Assembly: GCA_036338595.1 (NCBI GenBank)
Contig: JAYZBV010000073.1
Span: 14,635 to 78,634 of the forward strand
From: Planctomycetota bacterium
GTDB lineage: Bacteria; Planctomycetota; UBA8108; UBA1146
Reading direction: 5' to 3'
DNA length: 64,000 nt
Shown here: one piece after another, positions 50,594-59,825 of the stretch
Layout: each line of letters starts with the position of its first letter
How positions within the stretch are numbered: position 1 is the first letter of the stretch
Program-made: the position numbers and the translations under genes
Notes under the pieces: generated by a model
Seen by the model: the letters and a program-made list of their open reading frames with translations, nothing else
What the model was told of the DNA's origin: nothing
Database searches by the model: none

Positions 50594-51072
50594 CGCTTCT
50601 CCCTGGCTGAATCACCGTTTTAGCCGCTGATGCGCTCTTCAGGGTCTTTTTTTGAGAATCTCGGTCCGACCGTCGGATGAAACCGGATCGAGGTACTGAG
50701 GGAACGTCCGGTTGCCGCCAGGGGTCCATTTTCTGGCGGGGCGTTCCGTGGGCTTTTCTGGGATGGGAAGCAAGTGTACGGGTGGGCTACCCGTGACTTG
50801 ATGACGATTATGATGAAGCGATTTCACAGGCGGAGCGACGGTTGCCAGGATTCCATCCGGGTACGGTCTCTCATTGCATCCCGACACCTGGGTGCGAGCC
50901 ACCCTGCGCCCGACCCACCCGGGGCCAACTCAGCGACTGCCCGGGCAGTCCCTGGCAACCCTTCCATTCGACCTCGCCATTTCAGTACCCGATTCGCGGG
51001 TACTTCGCAATTCTCTGTTCGGTACCATCCAGTGGTGGATCGGTTCGTCCAGGGGTAATGAAAGGGGACGTC

Positions 51073-54000
51073 ATGTCCTTCCCCAGGTTTGTTGCGGCAA
51101 TCGCCGCCTGTGTCCTCCTGGGAGCTTCCTTGTCGGCTCAGGCCTTCGAGGAGCGCCAGCCAGGAGTCGATGGACTCCAGATCGAGAGTTCCCGGGTCAC
51201 CGGTCTCGCCAGCCTCCTTACGGGGCCGGCAGGAGGTCCGATTCCGGGTATTGAAGATCGGGATAACCCGCTTGCGATTTTTACCCTACACGGACGAATT
51301 TTTGGCATCACGGATGCAAACTCCGAATTGCGAAGAATGAGTACTTCGCTGTGTGATCTTGGAAATGTTCATCACCGATACCAGCAAGTCTATCGTGGAA
51401 TCGATGTGCTCACGGGTCAGTTGATCGTGCACCAGGATCCTCAGGGGAACTTCCTGGCGGTCAACGGAGACTTCTATCCGCTACGCAGTGGAGTCGCGAC
51501 CAAGCCGCGCTTTACTCTCGAAGAAGCGATATTTCTGGCCGCCGGTGAGTTGAAGATGGAAGCGCCTCAGACGCTTGAAGAGAAGCTGGTGATCGTCGAT
51601 CCCGGTTGGTACGGAGATCCATCTGACGGCACAGTTCACCTCGCCTGGCACATGGTGGTCGGGTCAGTCGAGTCATTGCCAGAACATGTCCTGGTCGATG
51701 CCATCGATGGATCGATACTGGATCACTGGCCAGCAGTTCATTCAGCGATCAATCGGCAGATCTATGATGGATCCGGTGGTGGATTGCCGGGAATCCTCAC
51801 GAGAACTGAAGGGGGCGCTCCCACCGGTGACGCCAACGTCGATGCCATCTACGATTTCACAGGGGATTTTTATCAGTTGCTCAGTGCTGGCCTCAACCGA
51901 GACAGCCTCAATGGTTCGGGCAATGCTCTGATCGCCACTGCCAACTGGAATGATGGAATCTGCCCCAATGCGATCTGGAACGGCTCGGGCACTGCCTTTT
52001 GTAATGGCCTCGGCACCGACGATATCGTCGGCCACGAATTCGGCCATGGACTCACTGATTACACCGCAGATCTGATCTACCAGAACCAATCGGGACAGCT
52101 CAACGAGTCCTTTTCGGATGTGTTCGGAGAACTGGTCGATCTGTGGAACGGAAATGCTTCTGTAGCGGGTACACCCGGGGGGACTTCCTGGCCTCCCACT
52201 CCAACAGGATCGGGCACCGATACTCCCAACAGCGGCCGCACAGGGTGCGGTGATTCATCGGTGCGCTGGTTGATGGGTGAGGACAGTTCCTTCGGGGCCA
52301 TTCGCGACATGTGGTCGCCACAGTGCAAGGGTGATCCTCCCAGTGCACTCGATCCTATTTACGAGGCCACGAGTTGCGATCCCGGGTTTGACGGCGGCGG
52401 AGTGCATTTTGGCTCCGGTGTCCCCAATCACGCTTTTGCCATGGTCACCGACGGCAAGAGTTTCAACGGCCAGACGGTCACGGGGATCGGTCTGATCAAG
52501 TCGGGAGCGGTCTGGTTCCGCACACTGACGGTCTATCTGACACCGGGGTCCGATTTCAACGAGGCCTTCACCCTGTTCAATCAAGCAGCCAGCGATCTGG
52601 TGGGGACGACACCCAACGATCCGCGCACTGGCGGGTCTTCGGGATCGGTATTCACCTCAGATGACGCGGTGCAAGTAGAGAACGCGCTGACCGCAGTCGA
52701 GATGAATGCGGCGGGCATCTGCTCACCGCCTCCCCCTCCAGACAACGACGATTGCATCGATGCAACGGTGGTGGCAGCGGGGATCAGTCCCATCAACAAC
52801 GGTGGAGGAACAGACAGTGGTGTTGCCTTCGATGAGACGCAATGCTCGGGAACCTTCCTGGGGCAGGTCGCCAAGGACATCTGGCTCAGTTACACGCCGG
52901 CGCAGGATGGAACGGCGACCTTCACGACCTGTAACATCGCCAGCTGGGATACTGATCTGCTGATCTATACCGGCAGTTGTGGTTCCCTGAATCAGATCGC
53001 ATGCAACGGAGATGCTTCAGGGTGCAGTAACTTCACATCGACCATCTCGAACCTGGCACTGACAGGTGGGACCAACTACCTGATCCGAATCGGTAGTTTT
53101 GGTAGCAGTGGCGGATCTGGAGAGATCGATATCACCTTCACTCCCGGTGGGGGAACTCCCATCGAGGTCTGCAACAACGGTGTCGATGATGATGGTGATG
53201 GAGCCATCGACTGTGCAGATGCTGATTGTGCTGCAGATCCAGCGTGTACTTCGACTCCAGCAGAAGATTGCTCCAATGGAGTGGATGACGATGGAGACGG
53301 GGCCGTCGATTGTGCCGACCCGGATTGTGTTGGAGATCCGGCCTGCGTCGTAGCGGCAGATGGGGACGAGTGCGTCGATGCGATCCTCGCTTCGCTCGGT
53401 GCCAATGCGGTCAACACCGTGGGCGCCACCAACTCGACCGAACCCTCGGATGCCACCCAGTGCTCTGGAACCTTCCTCGGAGACTTCTTTCAGGACATCT
53501 GGTACAGCTTCACTCCAGCCAGTGACGGGCTACTGACGCTGAGCCTCTGCAATAGCGTCGACTTCGATTCCGATGTAGCGATCTACGTCGGTGGTTGCGG
53601 GGCGCTCGATCAGATCGGCTGTAACGGTGACGGAGCCGGCTGTGCTGGTTTCACCTCGTTACTCAGTGATGTGCCGGTGACTGCTGGAATCGAGTACACG
53701 ATCCGCATCGGCGGCTGGAATTCTTCCGCAAATGGCACCGGCACTCTGGATCTGACCCTGGTCAGTGGCACCTCCGAGAACTGCACCAACGGGGTCGATG
53801 ACGATCTCGACGGACTCACTGATTGTGAGGACCCGGACTGCTCGGCAGATCCTTCGTGCATTCCATTCCCTGCGGATGAGTGCAACACGGCCATCGCAGC
53901 TAACCTCGGTTCAAATGCGGTGGATACTTCCGGTGCGACAGATAGTGCTGATTCTGTGGGGCCCTGTAGCGGTTCCTTCATCGGCTCGATGAGTCAGGAT

Positions 54001-55389
54001 GTCTGGTTCAGCTATCAACCGCCGTCCAGTGGCATCCTCATCATTTCAACTTGCGGAACGCTGGGCTTCGATTCGAGTCTGATCGTCTATCAGGGAAACT
54101 GTGGGGCACTGACCCAGGTCGCCTGTGACGGAGATTCATGTGGTCTGGCCTCCGAGGTGGTGATGAATGTCAGCGGTGGTGAACAGTTAAAGATCCGCCT
54201 CGGCGCAGCCAGTGCAGGTGTCGGTGGAACCGGAACGATTCAGATCGACATGGTGTTGCCGACTCCTGAAGACTGTAGCAACGGTGTAGACGACGACCTC
54301 GATAGCCTGGTCGACTGCCTCGATCCGGACTGCGCTGCAGATCCTGCGTGCACCTGTGATCCGATCACCGCACTCACCTGCATCCAGGGTAATGGCCTCG
54401 AGGTCTCACTCGGTTGGACCAACGGAGAATCCTACGACCAGATCCAGATCACACGTGACGGTTCTCTGGTGGTCAATTTGCCGGGAACAGCCTCGAACTA
54501 CACCGATCCGTCCGCACCTCTGGGGCCACGCACCTATGTCGTGACCGGATTCTGCGGCGGCTCTCAATCCTCCGCTCTGTGCGATGTCCAGGTTCAGATG
54601 CCGGCGGGATACCTGTTCGTCGCTCCGCAGGTCATCGGTGAGTTCGACGAACTCAGCGGTGTCGGGTCGGTGGAGGCTTCGGTGTCCATCGGTGAAGAGT
54701 CCAACAATCCTGGCTTCCCGAACGACACTCAGGGCTTCTCGATGTCACTGGCACACGATCCTTCTGTACTGGTGAGTGTTTCCCTGGCGGCGGCCCCTGC
54801 TCTGGCTGGCATGAATGGCTCCTCTGGACCTGACTTCATGACAGAAGCGATGCTGCCTGGCGGCATCACGGTTGGGGTGGTCTATAGTTTTTCTGGCCAA
54901 GAGACTCTGGCTTTTTCGAATGAGACAGAAGTCCTCATCATCGGCTACGACACCAATGCTGGTGCCATCGCTGGTTCGACGGTTGCCGTCGCATCTTCAC
55001 TTCAGTGGACGAGCACCATCGGAACCAGTTCGGTGGATAACCTGGTTGTCGTGGGTGGAGCTGCTTATGCACCTGACCCGATCGACGGCGTGGTGGTCCT
55101 ATCCCCGGTAGCTGCCGGTGGGTTCGACCGCGGAGATTGCAATGTCGACGGTTCGTTTGATATCGCCGACATCATTCATTCTCTCAATGGTCTCTTCGTC
55201 GGGGGATCCTTCTCCTGTGTCGATGCCTGTGACATCAATGACGATGGTCTGGTCAATGTTGCGGATCCGGTATTTGGCCTCGGTTCTCAGTTCAGTGGCG
55301 GGCCATTGCCACCGGCCCCTCATGGTGCCTGTGGTGCCGATCCGACGGCGGATTCCCTCGATTGCGTCCTCTACGACAGTTGTAGTTGA
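51073..55389 (+). CDS. Large secreted M4 (thermolysin-family) metallopeptidase with Cys/Asp-rich repeats and cohesin-like and dockerin-like C-terminal domains
   Basis: Signal peptide; FTP-like propeptide (HHRYQQVYRGIDV); NAIWNG; HEFGH; LNESFSD; DGGGVH. Four ExCxNGVDDDxDxxxDCxDxDC repeats; terminal FDRGDCNVDGSFDIAD...DACDINDDG. Confidence 0.88.
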   Translation: MSFPRFVAAIAACVLLGASLSAQAFEERQPGVDGLQIESSRVTGLASLLTGPAGGPIPGIEDRDNPLAIFTLHGRIFGITDANSELRRMSTSLCDLGNVHHRYQQVYRGIDVLTGQLIVHQDPQGNFLAVNGDFYPLRSGVATKPRFTLEEAIFLAAGELKMEAPQTLEEKLVIVDPGWYGDPSDGTVHLAWHMVVGSVESLPEHVLVDAIDGSILDHWPAVHSAINRQIYDGSGGGLPGILTRTEGGAPTGDANVDAIYDFTGDFYQLLSAGLNRDSLNGSGNALIATANWNDGICPNAIWNGSGTAFCNGLGTDDIVGHEFGHGLTDYTADLIYQNQSGQLNESFSDVFGELVDLWNGNASVAGTPGGTSWPPTPTGSGTDTPNSGRTGCGDSSVRWLMGEDSSFGAIRDMWSPQCKGDPPSALDPIYEATSCDPGFDGGGVHFGSGVPNHAFAMVTDGKSFNGQTVTGIGLIKSGAVWFRTLTVYLTPGSDFNEAFTLFNQAASDLVGTTPNDPRTGGSSGSVFTSDDAVQVENALTAVEMNAAGICSPPPPPDNDDCIDATVVAAGISPINNGGGTDSGVAFDETQCSGTFLGQVAKDIWLSYTPAQDGTATFTTCNIASWDTDLLIYTGSCGSLNQIACNGDASGCSNFTSTISNLALTGGTNYLIRIGSFGSSGGSGEIDITFTPGGGTPIEVCNNGVDDDGDGAIDCADADCAADPACTSTPAEDCSNGVDDDGDGAVDCADPDCVGDPACVVAADGDECVDAILASLGANAVNTVGATNSTEPSDATQCSGTFLGDFFQDIWYSFTPASDGLLTLSLCNSVDFDSDVAIYVGGCGALDQIGCNGDGAGCAGFTSLLSDVPVTAGIEYTIRIGGWNSSANGTGTLDLTLVSGTSENCTNGVDDDLDGLTDCEDPDCSADPSCIPFPADECNTAIAANLGSNAVDTSGATDSADSVGPCSGSFIGSMSQDVWFSYQPPSSGILIISTCGTLGFDSSLIVYQGNCGALTQVACDGDSCGLASEVVMNVSGGEQLKIRLGAASAGVGGTGTIQIDMVLPTPEDCSNGVDDDLDSLVDCLDPDCAADPACTCDPITALTCIQGNGLEVSLGWTNGESYDQIQITRDGSLVVNLPGTASNYTDPSAPLGPRTYVVTGFCGGSQSSALCDVQVQMPAGYLFVAPQVIGEFDELSGVGSVEASVSIGEESNNPGFPNDTQGFSMSLAHDPSVLVSVSLAAAPALAGMNGSSGPDFMTEAMLPGGITVGVVYSFSGQETLAFSNETEVLIIGYDTNAGAIAGSTVAVASSLQWTSTIGTSSVDNLVVVGGAAYAPDPIDGVVVLSPVAAGGFDRGDCNVDGSFDIADIIHSLNGLFVGGSFSCVDACDINDDGLVNVADPVFGLGSQFSGGPLPPAPHGACGADPTADSLDCVLYDSCS

Positions 55390-55412
55390 CCACTCTCAGG
55401 GAACATCGACTT

Positions 55413-55449
55413 CGGGCCCCGTAGCGCAAGCGCTACGGGGCCCGTTTTT
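55413..55449 (+). terminator. Intrinsic terminator
   Basis: CGGGCCCCGTAGCG-CAAG-CGCTACGGGGCCCG followed by TTTTT. Confidence 0.92.
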
Positions 55450-55586
55450 CATCCATCCCATGATCCGGGCACATTCGGTCCGCTTGCCCACCGCAACGCT
55501 GGCTCCTACGATCTATCTACTGATATCACCCCTGCTCGACACCGGTCTCAGGGGCGACCCCACATCCCGGAAGGCGGAATTGCAAC

Positions 55587-56477
55587 ATGACCTCTCCAGT
55601 CTCAGAGGCAGCCCAGACCCTGGTTGACTCGATCGATCGAGTTGCGGTGGTGGGAGCTGGAACGATGGGCAACGGCATCGCACAGGTGTTCGCTCAATCC
55701 AGTTACGGTGTTGTGATCATCGATCCCTTCGAGGGAGCACTCGAGCGTGCCAGAGGCACCATCGAGAACAGCCTCGGCAGGATGGTCAAGAAGGAGAAGA
55801 TGACCGCAGAAGAGGCAGAGGCAGTTCTTGGTCGGATCACCTTCGAGGCCGGAATCGACGCTGCCGCAGGAGCCCGATGGGGCATCGAGGCGGTTCCTGA
55901 GGACGAGGCGCTCAAGGAATCCGTGATCTCATCCCTCGACGAGCAGATCTCCGAGGGTGGTGTGATCGCGAGTAACACGTCTTCCATCTCCATCACAAGG
56001 CTTGCTAACTTCAGCAAACGGCCGGAGTGCTTCGTCGGAATGCACTTCATGAATCCGGTCCCGATGATGAAGTTGGTCGAGGTGATTCGAGGGCACAAGA
56101 CATCCGATACCGTTGTCGAGGCAACTATTGAACTCTCACGTCGACTCGGCAAGGAACCGTGGGAAGCACAGGATTACCCGGGATTCGTCGCCAACAGGAT
56201 TCTCGCTCCGATGCTCAACGAAGCCTTCTATGCCCTGATGGAGGGTGTTGCGACCAGGGAGTCGATAGACGAGGTGATGAAACTAGGGATGGGTCACCCG
56301 ATGGGCCCGCTCGCACTGGCCGATTTCATCGGTCTCGATGTGTGTCTCAACATCCTGGAGTTGTTACAAAAGGAACTGGGAGACCCCAAGTATCGCCCCT
56401 GTCCATTGCTTCGCAGGATGGTCGCAGCAGGAGATCTGGGTCGAAAGAGCGGGCGCGGGTTCTACGACTATTCCTGA
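55587..56477 (+). CDS. hbd: 3-hydroxybutyryl-CoA (3-hydroxyacyl-CoA) dehydrogenase
   Basis: [49 protein letters not shown]. Confidence 0.93.
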   Translation: MTSPVSEAAQTLVDSIDRVAVVGAGTMGNGIAQVFAQSSYGVVIIDPFEGALERARGTIENSLGRMVKKEKMTAEEAEAVLGRITFEAGIDAAAGARWGIEAVPEDEALKESVISSLDEQISEGGVIASNTSSISITRLANFSKRPECFVGMHFMNPVPMMKLVEVIRGHKTSDTVVEATIELSRRLGKEPWEAQDYPGFVANRILAPMLNEAFYALMEGVATRESIDEVMKLGMGHPMGPLALADFIGLDVCLNILELLQKELGDPKYRPCPLLRRMVAAGDLGRKSGRGFYDYS

Positions 56478-56493
56478 GCGGAAGAGGAAATCG

Positions 56494-57693
56494 ATGCTCG
56501 AATCGGATACGAGTTCAGAGATCGACGATCGTCTCGGAGCGATGCTCGGCACCTCGCTTCCCCCGGCTCACGCCAAGCTGCAACAGATCTGTCGAGAATT
56601 TGCCGACGAGGTATTGATCCCATCCGCGGATCTTCACGATCGTGAAGAGTCCTACCCGGCAAAGATTGTCGATAGATTGGCAAACCTCGGGCTGATGGGA
56701 ATCCTGGCGCCGAAAAGATTCGGCGGCATGGAAATGGACAACCTCGGCCTGACCATCGCGCTGGAGGAGATCAACCGCGGTTGCGCTTCCACCGGCGTCA
56801 CTCTCTCGGTCCACAACTCGCTACTTTCCAGTCCTCTGCTTCATTTTGGAACCGAGGAACAGCAGCAGAACTTCTTTCCGAGGCTCGCCAGCGGAGAAGC
56901 GCTGGGAGCTTATGCCATCACCGAGCCAAATCATGGCTCGGATGCGGTTTCGATCAAGACGACCTGTCGGCGTGATGGAGATGATTGGATACTCAACGGT
57001 ACCAAGGCATGGATCACCAATGGATCCCATGCTGGCATCGTCATCACCTTTGCCACCGTTGACCCATCGCTTCGGTCGAAGGGGATCAACGCTTTCGTCG
57101 TCGAGAGTTCGATGCCCGGTTTCTCGGTCGGTAAAAAGGAGAAGAAGCTGGGGATTCGCGCCTCGGATACCGTCCAGCTCGTATTCGAGGAGATGCGGGT
57201 TCCAGCAGCGAACCTGCTGGGCGAGGAGGGGCAAGGCTTCAAGATTGCCATGCATACTCTCGATGGTGGGCGGATAGGAATCGCTACGCAGGCGGTGGGG
57301 ATCGCCCAGGCGTGTCTCGATGCGACGGTCAAATTTGCGGAGCATCACGAGATGTTCGGTAGAAAGCTCGCCGACAATCAACTCGCCTCGAACAAGATCG
57401 CAGAGATGGCGACGCGCACCGAAGCGGCGAGACTGCTGACCTATCGCGCTGCAATGCTCAAGGACGCTGGCTTGCCGCATTCACGCGAGGCATCGATGGC
57501 CAAGTTGTTCGCGTCGGAAATCGCAAATGATGCAGCCAGGATGGCACTCGAAGTGCACGGGGGAGCGGGACTGGGTCGCCAGAATCCCGTCGAGCGTCTC
57601 TTTCGCGACGCCAAGATCACCGAGATCTATGAAGGTACCAGCCAGATACAGCGGCTGGTCATCTCGCGGCACGTGCGCCCGGATCGGGGGTAA
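56494..57693 (+). CDS. Short/branched-chain acyl-CoA dehydrogenase
   Basis: YAITEPNHGSD, KAWITNG, KLGIRAS, LDGGRIGIA, catalytic IYEG. Confidence 0.93.
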   Translation: MLESDTSSEIDDRLGAMLGTSLPPAHAKLQQICREFADEVLIPSADLHDREESYPAKIVDRLANLGLMGILAPKRFGGMEMDNLGLTIALEEINRGCASTGVTLSVHNSLLSSPLLHFGTEEQQQNFFPRLASGEALGAYAITEPNHGSDAVSIKTTCRRDGDDWILNGTKAWITNGSHAGIVITFATVDPSLRSKGINAFVVESSMPGFSVGKKEKKLGIRASDTVQLVFEEMRVPAANLLGEEGQGFKIAMHTLDGGRIGIATQAVGIAQACLDATVKFAEHHEMFGRKLADNQLASNKIAEMATRTEAARLLTYRAAMLKDAGLPHSREASMAKLFASEIANDAARMALEVHGGAGLGRQNPVERLFRDAKITEIYEGTSQIQRLVISRHVRPDRG

Positions 57694-57695
57694 CA

Positions 57696-58643
57696 CTGGA
57701 CGCTAACGAGATCGAGCAACTGGTCGAGGGGATTGCCCGGGGTTCTCGTCGGGAACTCGGCCGCGCCATCACTGCCGTGGAGGATGATGAATCGGTATCG
57801 GATGAGCTGCTGGCGGCCTTGCCCGTGGTTTCCGGTACGTTTCGAGTCGGAATCACCGGCGCACCCGGGGTCGGCAAATCGACACTGATCTCGAAGTTGA
57901 TACCGTATCTGCTGAAACGAGGCGAGCGGGTGGCTGTTCTGGCAGTGGATCCGACCAGCCCCATCTCGGGCGGTGCTGTTCTCGGCGACAGGGTGAGACT
58001 CACCACCGATCATGGAGACGAACTGTGGTTCAGGAGCATCGCCAGTCGAGGGGCGACCAGTGGGATCGCAGGCTGCACCGATCTCATCGCGGAGATCCTC
58101 GCTCGTGCTGGTTTCGGAATCGTCATCATCGAAACGGTTGGAGTCGGTCAACTCGAGGTGGAAATCACGGAGGAAACCGACCAGGCATGGTTGTTGCTCT
58201 CTCCTGAATCTGGAGATGCCATTCAGCTGCTAAAAGGTGGTTTACTCGAAGTGGCGCAGCGAGTGGTGGTTCACAAAAGTGATCGACCTGGATCGGATGA
58301 CCTGATGCGTTGGGCCAGGGATTCCGCAAGAGATCAGGGTCTGGCCGATCCCATCGCGGTCAGCAGCGAGCATGGAGATGGAATCGAAGAAGTTGCAGAG
58401 GCCATCATCGATGCGGCCAGTAGCCACAGAAGTTCTCCCGATGATCAGCGGACGAAGGCCCGCATGGTTCGTCGTATTCGTCGAAGAGCGGAGAAGGAAT
58501 GGCTCAAGAGAGCTGTTGAGAGTGCTGGAGGATCGGAGATCTTCGAGCAACTGGCAGATCGAGTGTGCAGAAACGAGATGTCGGTGCGCCAGGCACTGGC
58601 GTCGATTCTCCCCGACCCCCACGATGGCGGTCGGGACCGCTGA
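57696..58643 (+). CDS. meaB: MeaB/ArgK-family GTPase (B12-mutase chaperone), probable CTG start
   Basis: GITGAPGVGKST, AVDPTSP..GGAVLGDR, ETVGVGQ. The conserved N-terminal helix LVEGIARGSRRELGRAITAVE lies upstream of the first canonical start (57777). Confidence 0.85.
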   Translation: MDANEIEQLVEGIARGSRRELGRAITAVEDDESVSDELLAALPVVSGTFRVGITGAPGVGKSTLISKLIPYLLKRGERVAVLAVDPTSPISGGAVLGDRVRLTTDHGDELWFRSIASRGATSGIAGCTDLIAEILARAGFGIVIIETVGVGQLEVEITEETDQAWLLLSPESGDAIQLLKGGLLEVAQRVVVHKSDRPGSDDLMRWARDSARDQGLADPIAVSSEHGDGIEEVAEAIIDAASSHRSSPDDQRTKARMVRRIRRRAEKEWLKRAVESAGGSEIFEQLADRVCRNEMSVRQALASILPDPHDGGRDR

Positions 58644-58682
58644 GTCGATCTCGCAGTGCGGCAGCAAGGAAAGGTAGAAATC

Positions 58683-59825
58683 TTGATTCGCTTCGAGGAT
58701 CACCATCAGGAAATTCGCCAGATGATCGCCGACTTTGCCGATAACGAGATTGCACCCAGGGCGGAGCACCTCGACGAGTCGCAGGGTCTGCCAGCAGATA
58801 CCATCTCCCAGCTGGGAGATCTGGGGATGCTCGGGCTCACCATTCCAGAGCAGCATGGTGGGGCAGATCTCGATCTGCTCTCCGCCTGTCTCGTCGTCGA
58901 GGAGATCTCCAGATGCTGCGGCTCCACCGGTGTGGTGCTGGCGACGCACCTCTTCGAGGGCACCGCCGCCATCATGAATCTGGCCGATGACGCGGGGCAT
59001 CAGAGGTGGTTGCCCAAGATGGCCAGCGGCGAGACGCTGGCCACCTTCGCCCTGGCAGAAGTGGAAGCGGAATCGGATGCTTCGGGGATCACCTGTGCCG
59101 TAGGCCAGGAACCGGATGGATATTCGCTTCACGGCAAGAAGACCTGGGTCATCGCGGGGGAGATGGCCGGGCTGGTCACGGTGGTGGCGAGGAATGGTGA
59201 GGACCAGTTGCAGGATCTGGGTGCGTATGTCGTCGATCCCTCGACCGAAGGTTGCCGTCGAGAACCCCTCAAGGATGTGCTTGGATTACGCGGCAGCGGA
59301 TTTTGCGACATTCTGTTCGATGGAGTCCGCATCGATGCGACCTCTTACCTCAATCGAGATGATACGGGCTGGCAGGGTGTGACCCGGGTGGTGGAGATGT
59401 CGAGACTCGGTGCTGCAGCGGTGATCCTCGGGGTCGCTCGAGGCGCGATCGGTCACGCACTCAACTATGCATCCCAGAGGGTCGCTTTCGGCCGGTCGAT
59501 CGACCGGTTTGGTTCCATCCGGGAGATGCTCGCAGAAGCAGCGACAGGAGTCGAAAGTGCCCGCCTCTTGCTGTGGCGTGCTGCTGGCCTCTACGATTCG
59601 GGGAAATCTGCAGCGCGCGAGGCATCGATGGCGAACCTGGCTGCCAAGCAGGCTTCTTACCGTGCGACCAGGGACGCCGTGCAGGTGCTCGGTGGCAATG
59701 GCTACAGTCGCGAGTATCCGGTCGAGCGAAGTTATCGTGATGTGCAGACTGCCGTGCCCTTCGGAGGCGGAGAAGATCTGCAGAAGATACTCATCTCTCG
59801 TTCACTGACGGGAGTTCGTTCATGA
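58683..59825 (+). CDS. Acyl-CoA dehydrogenase-family protein, divergent and possibly non-catalytic
   Basis: ACAD fold motifs (GKKTWV, LGLRG, QRVAFGR, QVLGGNGY..EYPVER.YRD), but no IYEG. Confidence 0.85.
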   Translation: MIRFEDHHQEIRQMIADFADNEIAPRAEHLDESQGLPADTISQLGDLGMLGLTIPEQHGGADLDLLSACLVVEEISRCCGSTGVVLATHLFEGTAAIMNLADDAGHQRWLPKMASGETLATFALAEVEAESDASGITCAVGQEPDGYSLHGKKTWVIAGEMAGLVTVVARNGEDQLQDLGAYVVDPSTEGCRREPLKDVLGLRGSGFCDILFDGVRIDATSYLNRDDTGWQGVTRVVEMSRLGAAAVILGVARGAIGHALNYASQRVAFGRSIDRFGSIREMLAEAATGVESARLLLWRAAGLYDSGKSAAREASMANLAAKQASYRATRDAVQVLGGNGYSREYPVERSYRDVQTAVPFGGGEDLQKILISRSLTGVRS

